DNA of 64,000 nucleotides from the human T2T-CHM13v2.0 reference genome, Homo sapiens (GCF_009914755.1 NC_060947.1), one strand, 5' to 3'; shown: positions 31,688 through 45,199, counted from the first letter of the stretch. Translations and numbers: made by a program. Notes: generated by a model not told the origin, from the sequence alone.

Positions 31688-33109
31688 TCATGCATGAATG
31701 CACGCCTATAATCATCTTCTAGAGTTGCTTGTTCTTAGTTACAGCAAAAGTATAATCTACCACAAAAATGACAGCAGCATGCTTTATTGAGCTGCAGCTG
31801 TGCATGTGGCCTGTTTTTTCATTTTTTTTTTTTTTGCAAACCTATACTTCTTGTTTGGTTTTCTGTATTATTGATATTTGATATTATAAATATAAATATT
31901 ATAGATATTTGCAGATCACATGTTTCCAGTTGCCCAGCCACAAATATCAGTGGTGGTATATGCACTATCTACTACACTCATTTACGACATACATTTACAT
32001 AACAGAAAGGCTACTGTTTTTGTAATTTAAATACACAGGGCTATTTTATTCTATGGGAGCAAGCAGAATTTAATTTAAACTGGCGTTTTCTCTGTAGACC
32101 TTGGAGTAGAATTTTACCCAGGAATGCACTATTTTATTATTTTGTAGTGAATAATATCTGTGACAAGCATGCATTATATTACTACTTGCTGAGCCATGAA
32201 TACTACCAAGTAAATATCTCAAATTTATAAATTTTAATGCAATTTTTATTTTTGAATTGATCTTGTGTCTTTGATGGAATCTACCTAACAGGCTTAAAGT
32301 GCACGTAACTGAGCAGTTTTCTTTCCTGTAATGATGCAAAGTATATGAATAGTCAGTAACCTGACTCAGCAGAGAGACAAGAGTTCATAGCCAAGAGATT
32401 TGTGCTTTGAGCTTTGGAAATAGCTCTTATTATGTATTTTTGATCTTGGGTGGGATATTAACTATGAGTCTCGGTGTCCTCATCCATAAAATGGTATTAA
32501 TAGCAACTGCCTTTTTTGCTTTTCAGGTTTAGAGACTTGAAAAGTAAACAATAATACATGGAAGTTCTCTAACACCTTCTGTGCCCAGCTTGACCACATA
32601 CTCAGCTTTTTGGTAATGAGCAGAATTAAAGTGAACCAAGGGGGAACAAATCGCCGATTTAATTTGGGGTTAAAGTAATTGTCTTCACACTGTGTCACGG
32701 CCTAATTTAGTCCAAGCATTCTGTAAGTATGTGTGTCTATTTAAGAGATTAGCTGAGGGTGGCTGATATTCAATGTCAGTTTATCTCAGCTGTGGGAAAA
32801 CACTCCCTGTGTGTACCCTATCTGTGCTTGTGAGTCAACAGTGAGATTTTGTATAAAGAATAGCATGTTTATGTTTACACGACTGAAAATGTGTGAAGTT
32901 CATAAACATCTGAAATAATTCTTTCTTCCTGAAAGCTTTTCTGCTCTTCTGTCATTCTACTTTGTAATATTCAGTTTCACATCTACTTTCCTTGTTACGT
33001 TGCAAACTCCATGGGGTCAAAGTGTATGTTAGTTTTGCATACTACTGAGTCTGTTGTGTCCATTATAGTGCTTGACACATAGCAGATGCTCAACAATTAT
33101 AGTAGTAAT

Positions 33110-33112
<3 letters not shown>

Positions 33113-33155
<43 letters not shown>

Positions 33156-33167
33156 CATAATATATAA
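33113..33167. repeat. (CA)n(TA)n compound microsatellite flanked by L2 3' fragments
   Basis: directly visible; 'agtgcttgacacatagcagatgctcaa' upstream. Confidence 0.9.
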
Positions 33168-34199
33168 AAACAATTGACAGACTCATTAAGTCCCACCACC
33201 CACCTCCTAGTTCCTAACATAGTGTCAGGTACTTATTATGTGAACAATAAATAGTGACTGTATCTTCTTCGTATTATTTAGGATGGGCCTCTAGGAGTTC
33301 AGTAACTTATTGCTTTTCAGTAAATCAAAATATTAATCCTTATATGACACTCAAATGCATGCATACAGTATTGTGCTTAAGTAGGATACTGTCCTCAGTA
33401 ATTTATATATACATGCGCCTACATTTTTTTTCCATGCATTGAAAATGACTAGTCCAGAGATGAATATGAAGGCAGTGGTAAAAGTTTCGGAGCAATACAA
33501 TCTAACTTAGGTCTTGAGGCTCATTTGAATTCCCTAATTATCCTGATGTAGATCCTTAGGCTTGTACCTCTCCCTGAGGGTCTTGGTTATTTTTCCTAAT
33601 AGACTCCCCAGTCTTTTTAATCAAACAAGTCTTCAACATTAAATATAAATCTCATCATAAAATCGAAGTTGCATTTATTCTAGTAAAAGTCTAAAGCTAC
33701 TTCTACTAATTACTAACTTCAGGGAATAATTTGCCTAGACATTAGCAATGTGCTGAGCCTACATCTGAGCTACAATGTATTTACTTAACATAATTAGTGA
33801 TTTTAAAAAAGAGAATTTTCCCACTTGGAGTAAAAGGACATCAAAAATAAGTGCTATAATTCAGTGAAGTTTGTATAAAAAGAATGTATGTATGGTATTC
33901 ATGACACCTTCTAAATTAGTGCAGCGACACATTATATTTTCTCTCTAACTCTTTTTATAAAATAGCAAGATTATAAAAATTTCCAGTTCACCTACATTAA
34001 AAACAGCATTAAAATCTGTAGTAGCTAAAGGACATATTATCAATAAATTCCACAATATGTGCTTACAATTTTTTTCCAAGTGTTAGATGATTGATACTTC
34101 ATTTTCTAATCTCTTTCAGACCTGTCAATTTGGATGGTAAACTGTAATTAAATATCTCCAAACTTATGTTTGGTTTTATTTGCCTCAAATTATCATCTT

Positions 34200-34263
34200 G
34201 TGTATGTGTGTGTGTGAATGTGTGTGGATATGTGTGTGTAGCAGAGAGAGAGAGAGAGAGAGA
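34200..34263. repeat. (TG)n(AG)n compound microsatellite
   Basis: directly visible. Confidence 0.88.
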
Positions 34264-34364
34264 TAAAAATAAAATATAAATAAATGAAACAAACCTTGTG
34301 AAATAATAATTATGCTTTGGAAGATAGGGCTTGTTTCCCTCTTGGTATAGTCTCTTCATAATCT

Positions 34365-37300
34365 TATTTTTATTTTTAAATTTTTTTGTGGGGACATAGA
34401 AGGTGTATATATTTATGGGGTACATGAGATGTTTTGATACAGGCATGCCATGTGGAATAAGCCAGTCATGAAGAATGGGCTATCCATCTCCTCCACATTT
34501 ATCATTTGAGTTACAAAAAATACAATTATACTCTTTGATTACTTTAAAATGTACAATTAAGTTATTATTGACTGTAGTCATCTTGGTGTGCTATCAAATT
34601 GTAGGTCACAATCATTCTTTCTATGTATTTTTTTTAAACCATTAACTATCCCCACCTCCCTACCAGGCCCTCACTACCCTTTCCAGCCTGTGGTAACCAT
34701 CCTTCTTCTATGTCCATGAGTTCAATTGTTTTTATTTCTAGATCCCACAAATAAGTGAGAACATGGGATGTTTGTCTTTCTGTGCCTGGCTTATTTCACT
34801 AAACATAATGATCTCTAATTCCATCATGCTGTTGGAAATCACTAGATCTCATTCTTTTTGTATGGCTGGATAATACTCCATTGTGTATACGTACCACATT
34901 TTCTTTCTCCATTTATCTGCTGATGGACACTTAGGTTGCTTCCAAATCTTTTATTTTTCCAAAAAACTGAAAATTGAGCTACCATATGATCCAGCAATCT
35001 CACTGCTGGGAATATACACAAAAGAAAGGTGTTCAGTATATTGAAGAGATATCTGCACTCCCATGTTTTTTGCAGCACTGTTTACAATAGCTAAGATTTG
35101 GAAGCAACCTAAGTGTCCATCAACAGATGAATGGATACAGAAAATGTGATACATAGACACGGTGGAATACTATTCAGCCATAAAAAAGAATGAGATCCAG
35201 TCATTTGCAACAACGTGGATGGAACCATAGATCATTGAATTAAGTAAAATAAGCTAGGCAACAAACATAGGAGTGCAGATATATTTTTAATATACTGATT
35301 GCATTTATTTTGTGTATATACCCAGCAGTGTGATTGCTGGATCACATGGTAGCTCAATTTTCAGTATTTTGAGGAACCTACAAACTGTTCTTCATAGTGG
35401 TTATACTAATTTACATTAGCACCAATATTGTATAAGGGTTTCATTTTCTCCACATCCTCACCAGCATTTTTTATTGCCTGTCTTTTGGATATAAGCTCTT
35501 TTAATTGGGGTCAGGTGATATTTCACTGTAGTTTTGATTTGCCTTTCTCTGATGATCAGTGATGTTTATGCTATTTTCATTTGCCCATTTGCCATGTGTA
35601 TGTCTTCTTTTGAGAAATGTCTCTTCAAATCTTTGGTCCATTATTTGATAGGATTATTAGATTTTTTTCCTATAGAGTTGTTTAAGCTTCTTACTTATTC
35701 TGGTTATTAATCCCTTGTCAGATGAGTAGTTTGAGAATATTTTACATTTCCATTTTTTGGTGTTCTCTTCAATTTCTTTCATCAGTGTTTTATAGTTTTC
35801 ACTATAGAGATTTTTCACTTTGTTGGTTAAGTTAATTCTTAGATATTTAATTTTATTTGTGGCTATTGTAAATGGGATTACTTTTTAAATTTCTTTTTCA
35901 GATTGCTTACTCTTGGCATATAGAAATGCTACTGATTTTTGTGTATTGATTTTGTATCCTGCAACTTTATTGGATTTTTATTAGTGCTAATTGTTTTCTT
36001 GTAGTCTTTAGATTTTCCAAATAAAAGATCATATCATTTATACACAAGGATAATTTGACTTCTTCCTTTCCAACTTGGATACCCTTTATATCTTTCTGTT
36101 GCCTGATTGCTTTAGCTAGGACGTCCAGTACTACATTAAATAAAAGTGGTGACAGTGGGCATCCTTGTTGTGTTCCAGGTCTTAGAGGAAAGACTTTCAG
36201 TTTTGTTCCTATTCAGTTGATATTAGCTGTGGGTCTGTCATATATGGCTTTTATTATGTTGAGGTATGTTCCTCCTATTTCCGCTTTTTCAAAGGTTTTT
36301 ATCATAATGGGATGTTGAATTTTATCAAATGCTTTTTCAGCATCAATTGAAATGATCATATGGATTTTATCCTTTATTCTGTTGATATGATGGATCACAT
36401 TGATCAATTTGCATATGTTGAACCATCCTTGCATCTCAGGGATAAATCCCACCTTGTCATGGGGACTAATCTTTCTAATATATTGTTGAATTTGGTATGC
36501 CAGTATTTTGTTGAGGATTTTTGCATCAATATTCTTCAGAGATACTGGCCTGTAGTTTTCTGTTATTGATACCTTTGTCCAGTTTTGGTATTAGGGTAAT
36601 ATTGGCCCTATAGAATGAGTTGGGAAGCATTCCCTTCTCCTCTGTTTTCTGTAATAGTTGGAGTAGGATTGGTATTATTTCTTCTTTAAGTGATTGGTAG
36701 AATTCAGTAGTGAAGTCATCAGGTCATGTGCTATTTTTTACTGGAATAATTTTTATTATGACTTCTATCTTGTTACTTGGTCTGTTTTGGTTTTGAATTT
36801 CTTCCTGGTCCAATCTTGGTAGGTTTCATGTATGTAGAAATTTGTCCATTTGTTCTTGATTTTCCAATTTAGTGGCATATAGTTGCTCGCAGTAGTCACT
36901 AATGATCCTTTGAATTTCTGCTGTATCAATTTTGATGTCTCCTTTTCACTTCTGATTTTATTAACTTCATCACCCTGCATTTTAACTTTTTGTTGTTTCT
37001 ATTTATATACTTTTGTACTATGTGTTAAAAAGTTGTTGTAATTATTATTCTGATTGGTTCATCATTTAATCTTTCTACTTAGAATAAGAGTAGTTATACA
37101 TCACAATTACATTGTTACAATATTCTGGGTTATTCTGTGTGCTTACTATTACCAGTGAGTTTTGTACCTTCAAGTTATTATTTATTGGTGATTAGTATCC
37201 TTTTCTTTCTGATTCAAGTACTTCCTCTAGTATTTCTTGTAGGACAGGTCTGGTATTGATTAGATATCTCAGCTTTTGTATGCCTGAGAAAGTGCTTATT

Positions 37301-39378
37301 TCTCCTTCATGTTTGAAGGATATTTTTGTCCTTTGGCACTTTAAATATGTTTTACCCCTCTCTCCTAGCCTGTCAGATTTCAACTGAAAAGTCTGCTCCT
37401 ACACCTATTGGAGCTCTATTGTATGTTATTTGTTTCTTTTTTCTTGCTGCTTTTAGGATCCTTTCTTTATCTTTGACCTTTGGGAGTTTGATTATTAAAT
37501 GACTTGAGGTAGTCTTCTCTGGGTTAAGTCTGCTTGGTGATCTATAATCATTTTTTGAACTTGGATATTGATACCTATCTTTAGGTTTGGGAAGTTCTCT
37601 GTTATTATTACTTTAAATAAAGTTTCTACCCATATGTCTTTCCCTACCTCCTCTTTTAGGCCAATAACTCTTAGATTTGCCTTTTTGAGGCTATTTTCTA
37701 GATGCTATATGCATGCTTCATTGTTTTTTATTCTTTTGTTCTTTTGTTTCCTCTGACTGTGTATTTTCAAATAGCCTGTCTTCAAGCTCGCTCATTCGTT
37801 CTTCTGCTTGATAGATTCTGCTAGTTAAAGAATCTTATGCATCTTTCAGTATGTCAGTTGCATTTTTTCAACTCCAAAATTTATGCTTGATTCAGTATAC
37901 TTATTTCAGTCTCTTTGTTAAATTCTTCCGATAGAATTCTAAAATTCTGTGTGTTATCTTGAATTTCTTTGAGTTTCCTCAACATAGCTATTTAAAATTT
38001 TCTGTCTGACAGGTCACATATATCTCTTCCTCCAGGATTGTTCCCTGGTGCCTTATTTAGTTCATTTGGTGAGGGCATGTTTTTCTGGATGGTGTTGATG
38101 CTAGTGGATGTTCTTCAGTGTCTTGGCAATGAAGAATTAGGTATGTATCATAGTCTTCACTGGCTCAGCTTATTTGTAGCGTCCTTCTTGGGAAGGCTTT
38201 CCTGATATTTGAAAGGACTTAGTTGTGATCTCAGATGTATATGCTTTAGGGGACATATCATGCTCATTAATGCTGTGACTTTTGCAGACTTCTAGAGATA
38301 CTGCCTTAATGTCTTGGACAAGATCCAGGAGAATTCTCTGGATTATAAGGCAGAGACTCTCGTTCTCCTCACTTATTTTCTCCGAAGCATATACAGTCTC
38401 TCTCTCTGTTCTGCACCTGCTAAAGCTTGGGGTGGAGTGACATAAGCACCCCTGTTGCCACCACCACTATGACTGCATTGACTCAGACCTGATGCCAGCA
38501 CAGCACTGGGTCTCACTCGAGGCCTGCTGGAACCACTCCCTGGCTTCTGCCTGTGTTTCCTCAAGGCCCTGGGGCTCTACAATTAGCAGGTTGAAAAGCC
38601 AGTTGGGCTTATGTCCTTCTTTTCAGGGTAGCAAGGGCACCCAGGCCCTGGGTGGGTCCAGAAGTGCTGTCTGGGAGTCAGGTACTAGATTAAAAACCTT
38701 GGAAGTCTACCTGACGTTCTGCTGCATTGCGGTTAAGCTGGCACTTAAAGAGTGGGAAGATGCCATCCTCCCACTCTTTTTTCCCCTTTCCAAAGGCTGA
38801 GGAGCCTCACACCATAGCCACCGCCACCCGAGTCCAGAAGGAGTACTGCCAGACTACAGCAGATGTCACTTAAGGCCCATGGTTTTTTAAGTCAGCTTGT
38901 GGTGAATACTGCCTGGCCTGTTACTCATCCTTCAGGGCAGTGGGCTCCCCTCTGGGCCAGGGCAGGTCCACAAATGCCATCCGAGGGTCAAGAGCCCACT
39001 TGGTGCTTTAACTCCCTCTGGCTGTGCTGGTATCTACGGTGCAAGAAAAAGTTGCCTTAACTATTCCCTGCTTTTCTCAAACAGAAGGAGTTTTGCTGCT
39101 AATATGCTGAGTCTTTCCTGAAGCCAGCAATTTTGAGAGGCTCACAAAGGCCCTTGATGTAGTACCTGGGTATCACTATTCCTTATTTGGGGCCCAAAGG
39201 CTCTTCAGTTAGCAGATGATAAATGGTGCCAGGACTGGGTCGTTTTCTTGGAGGCATCGAGTTCTCTTCTGGCCCAGGGTGTGTCTAGAAATGTCGCTTG
39301 GGAGCTAGGGCCTGGAACAGGCATTTCATGACTGAACAGTGCTGTACCCTGCTGTGGCTGAGCACGTATCCTAGATGC
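34365..39378 (-). mobile_element. L1MA1/2-like (L1M1 5' end) element: 3'UTR, deleted ORF2, ORF1 remnants and GC-richer 5'UTR
   Basis: L1MA 3' terminus 'ttgtggggacatagaaggtgtatatatttatggggtacatgagatg'; RT remnant ORF 36213-36452 ([14 protein letters not shown]...[15 protein letters not shown]); ORF1 remnant 37192-37383; internal deletions near 35745 and 36960. Confidence 0.9.
34955..35260 (+). mobile_element. Inverted L1MA segment embedded in the minus-strand L1
   Basis: sense-strand 'gagctaccatatgatccagcaatc...gaagcaacctaagtgtccatcaacagatgaatgg' flanked on both sides by antisense L1. Confidence 0.88.
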
Positions 39379-39398
39379 ATCTTTGTAATATTTTTTAT

Positions 39399-39793
39399 CT
39401 ATTATTTGGCAAAGACAACTAAACATACCCACTAGTGATCATTTCTGGTGAGACTAAAGTAATATATATTATATATAAATATATATGCTTATTATATATA
39501 AACTTTTATATATAATATATAATATAATATATTATATTATCTATAAATATATATAATATGTTCTATATAATAATATAATATATATAAAACTATATATAAT
39601 ATATAAATATATATAGATAAAAGTTTACATATAAAACTTTAAACTATATATATGATCTGTATATATCTATATATAAATATAATCTATATACCTATATATA
39701 GCTATAATCTATAAATAATATATGTAAAAAACTTTAATTTCACCAGAAATGGTACAGTAGTGGGTATGTTTAGTTGTCTTTGCCAAATAATAG
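39399..39793. repeat. ~62-bp inverted repeat (39399-39460 / 39731-39793) around a TA-rich spacer
   Basis: ctattatttggcaaagacaactaaacatacccacta... versus ...tagtgggtatgtttagttgtctttgccaaataatag. Confidence 0.95.
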
Positions 39794-42166
39794 GTATGTA
39801 TATATGATCTATATCTATAAAATATATATCTATGTATAATAATAGATATATATAAATGTATGTATATATAAATATATGAATTCACATGTATAACATGTAC
39901 ATATATTATATAATATAATATAAAAATACATAACATAATATATATAATATATAATGTATAAATATATTATTTATATATATTATATATATTATATCTTATA
40001 TGTGTATATATTTTCTATAAATATATTATATATAAATACTATGTACATAATATATACATGTTTTATAAAATATATGATATATTTATATAATATATACATA
40101 TAAAATATATATATCTTATATATAATATATAAATAATATATGATATATGAATAATGTATTATAAATAATATATGATATATAAATAATATATTATAAATAA
40201 TAGATGATATATAAATAATATATATAATATATGATATATAAATAATATATTATATATAATTGATGATATATAAATAATATATATAATAGATGATATATCA
40301 ATACTATATTATATATAATATATGATATAAATAATATATATAATATATAATATATAACTAATATATAATATATAATATATAAATAATATATAATATATAA
40401 ATAATATATAATACATAATATATTATATATTATATAAACAATATATTATATGTAATATATAATATATGAATAATATATATCATATAATAAATAATATATT
40501 ACATATAATATATTATATAAATAAATTATATCTAATATAATAAATAATATATTACATATAATATATATAATATAATAAATAATATATTACATATAATATA
40601 TAAATAAAATATATATAATATAATAAATAATATATTACATATATTATATAAACAATATATTATAATATATTATAAATAACATATTATATATTATATATTA
40701 TATAAATAACATATAATATATAATATAAAATATATAAATAATATATAAATAAGATATAATATGTAAATAATATATTATATATAATATGTCAATAATATAT
40801 ATAATATGTACATAATATATAATAAATAATATATAACATACATTATGTAGAATACGTAAATAATATATAACATACATTATGTAGAATACGTAAATAATAT
40901 ATAACATACATTATGTAGAATACGTAAATAATATATAACATACATCATGTAGAACACGTAAATAATATATAACATACATCATGTAGAACACGTAAATAAT
41001 ATATAACATACATTATGTAGAATACGTAAATAATATATAAATTATATATAACACGAAATATATATAATATATAAATTATATATAACACGAAATATATATA
41101 ATATATAAATTATATATAACACCTAATATATATAATATATAAATTATATATATTACATATTAATTATGTATAATAGATAAAGTATATATATTGCATATTA
41201 ATTATGTGTAATAAAGTATATATGTTGCATATTAATTATGTGTAATAGATAAACAATATATGTTGCATATAAATTATGTGTAATAGATAAACAATATATG
41301 TTGCATATAAATTATGTGTAATAGATAAACAATATATGTTGCATATAAATTATGTGTAATAGATAAACAATATATGTTGCATATAAATTATGTGTAATAG
41401 ATAAACAATATATGTTGCATATAAATTATGTGTAATAGATAAACAATATATGTTGCATATAAATTTTGTGTAATAGATAATATATATTGCATATAAATTT
41501 TGTGTAATAGATAAACAATATATATTGCATATAAATTTTGTGTAATAGATAAACAATATATATTGCAATAAATTTTGTGTAATAAGCAATATATATTGCA
41601 TATAAATTTTGTGTAATAGATAAACAATATATATTGCAATAAATTTTGTGTAATAGATAAACTATATATTGCATATAAATTATGTGTAATAGATAAAGAA
41701 TATATATTGCATATAAATTACAATATATAAATAATATGTATTGCATATAAATTACAATATATAAATAATATGTATTGCATATAAATTACAATATAGAAAA
41801 TATGTATTACATATAAATTACAATATGGAAGTAATATTACATATAAATTACAATATGGAAGTAATATATATATTACATGTAAATTACATGTAATATATAA
41901 ATAATACATATTACATGTAAATTACATGTAATATATAAATAATACATATTACATGTAAATTACATGTAATATATAAATAATATATATTACATGTAAATTA
42001 CATGTAATATAAATAATATATTTTACATGAAATTACATGTAATATATAAATAATATGTATTTATATGTAATATATAAATAATATATATAATATATAAATT
42101 ATATAATTATATATTATATATACATATATTATATACATATACATATATACATATATCCATATATAA
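39461..42166. repeat. ~2.7 kb extremely AT-rich complex tandem-repeat block
   Basis: sub-arrays: 34-bp unit x6 (~40823-41040), 38-bp unit (~41160-41720), ~32-bp unit, then a unit containing ttacatgtaa (~41870-42060). Confidence 0.97.
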
Positions 42167-42843
42167 AGGCACTGGGCCTAGTGCCTTTGTTCATCTCAGT
42201 TATTGCTGGGTTAGTGAAAGTGATGCTAACATTCTCGACCCTTCCCACAGGAATGGCTGCAGAGTTCAGTGTTTAATTGCTTTGAAAATCATTGAAAATG
42301 GCTTTTCATTTTGAATATTATGGCTTAAGTAGTAGATATATTTTTATATAAATGTTTATATGTATAAAGTTTTGTATATACAAATTTATGTATATAAAAG
42401 GCTTTATATATATAAAACACTTGATTGCTTCGTTCTTTAACAACCATAAAAGTACCCCAGGACATCAAAATAGTTTTTTCCACAGTTTTGGGGAAAATGG
42501 GTAGTATACTTAAAGGGCTTTGGCAGCATCATGCTGCTAAATGTTTACCTGCATGGCAGTTAAATGGTCTCAGGTGAATTTGCTTTTACCCCCTCCAGAA
42601 GCAGGACAATTGTAGGAATTTTCACTGCAAGCTTCACAATATGCAGCACAGTATCTGAGCGCAGCAGAACTGTCACTCTGGAGTGGATCTGAAGAGCAGT
42701 CAAAGGAAAGCTAATTGCTTTACCTTAGGCTTGTTCAGTTAACTTTGGAGAATATTTCCATATTTGTGTTTGAAATCACAACTTGTCCTCTGGATTGAAT
42801 CCTGAGGAGAAAGTCATTCCCCAGTCTGTTTTTGCTGACAATA

Positions 42844-42854
42844 TGCTGACTCAT
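42844..42854. promoter_or_regulatory. Consensus MAF/NFE2/AP-1 (MARE/ARE-like) motif TGCTGACTCAT in non-repetitive sequence
   Basis: motif match only; FOX-like TGTTTAC at ~42542; no functional evidence. Confidence 0.2.
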
Positions 42855-42984
42855 GACAGCTTCATATCTGGACAGTATTTTCATCCCATGTGGCTGAATG
42901 GGAAAATATGAAGTTCAATATGGTAACTTTTAAACAAAGAAAAATTCTGGAAAGCATTTTGCTTCTGACACTTGGATTCACTTA

Positions 42985-43330
42985 ATCCATCATCCATTCA
43001 CTCATTCATTTCCTTCAAAACACATTTGTTAAGTACCAATTACGGTTCAGATTTTACACAAGATGTTGCTGATATGACAAAGAATACAAAAAATCCTGCC
43101 TTAGTGAGCTCAGAATCTAGTGAAGAAAATGAAATATAGAGAATATTAATACAAAGTTATAACTACAGCAGCAATTTTTAAAAACACAACTTAAAAAAAC
43201 AAACAGTTATCCGAAGCTGGATCTTCAAGGTTCTTCACAGAAAAGCAGAGTAAGGCCCACAGAGGTTTAAATTGCTTCCTTCCTGGAAGTGAAATCTCAG
43301 GGTTAAGAACATTTAAAGGAGGGATAGATT
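42985..43330 (-). mobile_element. L2 fragment
   Basis: 'cattcactcattcatt...cacatttgttaagtacc...cctgccttagtgagctcagaatctagtg'. Confidence 0.65.
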
Positions 43331-43444
43331 AGTCTACCTTGGGTGTTCAGGAGATGGACCGTCTATGAGGAGAAGGAATTACACAAATGAAAAAATGACG
43401 TCTCAGTGAAGAGTAACAAAGGCTTAAAGGTGGGAAGATGATTT

Positions 43445-43517
43445 TATATATATATATACATATATATATGTAGAGAGAGAGAGAGAGATAATCTATCTAG
43501 AGATATAAAGATGTATA

Positions 43518-43608
<91 letters not shown>
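43445..43608. repeat. (TA)n(GA)n compound microsatellites, two successive blocks
   Basis: directly visible; larger block 43523-43608. Confidence 0.95.
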
Positions 43609-43611
<3 letters not shown>

Positions 43612-44131
43612 AAGGCCATGCTGTAAAACATGCTATGAATCTTCTTCCCTTAGTGAGTATGAGCAGTAAAGCATTACCATGGTGTTTTTTATAGATAAAT
43701 GGGATACTTTTCAGAATGATTGTCATTTGCATATTCCAAGTCACTATTACCAACAAAATGTGTAGAGCTGTTGAGGCCAAGATCCCAGGTTAAGACAAAT
43801 AGCTCCATTTTGTCCTGCAGTCATACGTAGTGCCACTAACACTGCTCAGGAGCCTCAGCGGTCACTGGTCACAGAAAATCCCATGAAGAGATGGAGCCAA
43901 CATCCTCCCTGTTAAATAAAATTAACCCCCTTAATCATGTGGATGGGATGAGTGGAGGGCAGTACCATACTCACATAAGGATATCACATTTAATCCTAGG
44001 CTGTGATACCTGCCAGTGGTGACACTCTATGGGTCAATTTACTTATCTTTAGCCTTCTGCAGTGACAGAAAGATTATAGCCGTTTATTTAATTCAGCAGG
44101 AGATTGTTGAGTAAATGCATTGTCTATTGTC

Positions 44132-44320
44132 ATTATATATATTATATGTAATATATTATTTATTATATTAGATATAATTTATTTATATAATATATTATAT
44201 GTAATATATTATTTATTATATTATATATAATTTATTTATATAATATATTATATGTAATATATTATTTATTATATGATATATAATATATTATTCATATATT
44301 ATATATTACATATAATATAT
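44132..44320. repeat. AT-rich insert with 53-bp tandem period; inverted copy of 40441-40571
   Basis: manual reverse-complement alignment; gtaat recurs at 44148, 44201, 44254. Confidence 0.93.
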
Positions 44321-45199
44321 GTACCTTGAATTTTTTTGCCTAAAATTAATATCACCACACTTGCTTTATTTGTGCTATAAAAATAATAGCTTAATTTTAA
44401 TTTCTGAATCCAATGTGTCTATATTTTAATAACAATTTAGTATTAAATTATTCTGATACTAGTAGACTGAGACATAGTCTTTTCAACTTTTCTGTGTTTT
44501 CTTATGTTGATTTCAATTTACTTCATATTCCCCTTTCAAAGTATTTACTTAGTTTCATGTTTTCCATGAAATTTTTCATTTACCTTGAGGCTTGGATATT
44601 ATATTTACATTTATATTATTCAAGTGTTGTCCTTAAACTTTAATACATACATTTAAATATCTTTTTCTAAGATAGATATTTAATCTGTATCTATTTCCTC
44701 TCTCTTACAATACTAATTTCCTCACATTTGGTGATACTTTATGGTGTGCTTTAACTTTGTGTTGAGAATCTCTAATAGCTTGTCTTTACATTCTTTCCCT
44801 TTTAACTACTACTGACCTCAAGTGATTATTGTGGAAGGGCATGCTGTATTAGAGAGCTAATTTCTAGACTCCACCCTGTCCTTCTGGTTATTGCTAGTCT
44901 TCCTACTTTTTAACTTATTTACTGTTCCATTCTCAGGCTATACATCTTTGTTCCTTACTCCATGACCAAAAGGGAGAGAAGTAGGAAAGTAGAGAAAGAG
45001 CCACCTGTCTTGCTGCTTCCACTATGGTACCCTAAAAATTCACACTGTTAGTTCATTAGGAACCCCCTCCTCCACTTCACAATCTAGGACACCCCTGTGG
45101 TCTTTCCTACTCCTTTTCTATCTTTGTAACAGATTATTCTCATTTTGAGCTGTGGTTTCCTTTTCAATTGAATCGTATCTGCCTTTAGTCCATCTGGTA

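Noticed and set aside
38370-39378. GC-richer stretch as a gene promoter or CpG island
   Set aside because: CpG-depleted and explained as the 5'UTR of the L1M1/L1MA element.
40823-41720. 34-38 bp repeats as a CRISPR-like array
   Set aside because: Units are head-to-tail with no unique spacers, there are no cas genes, and the context is primate.
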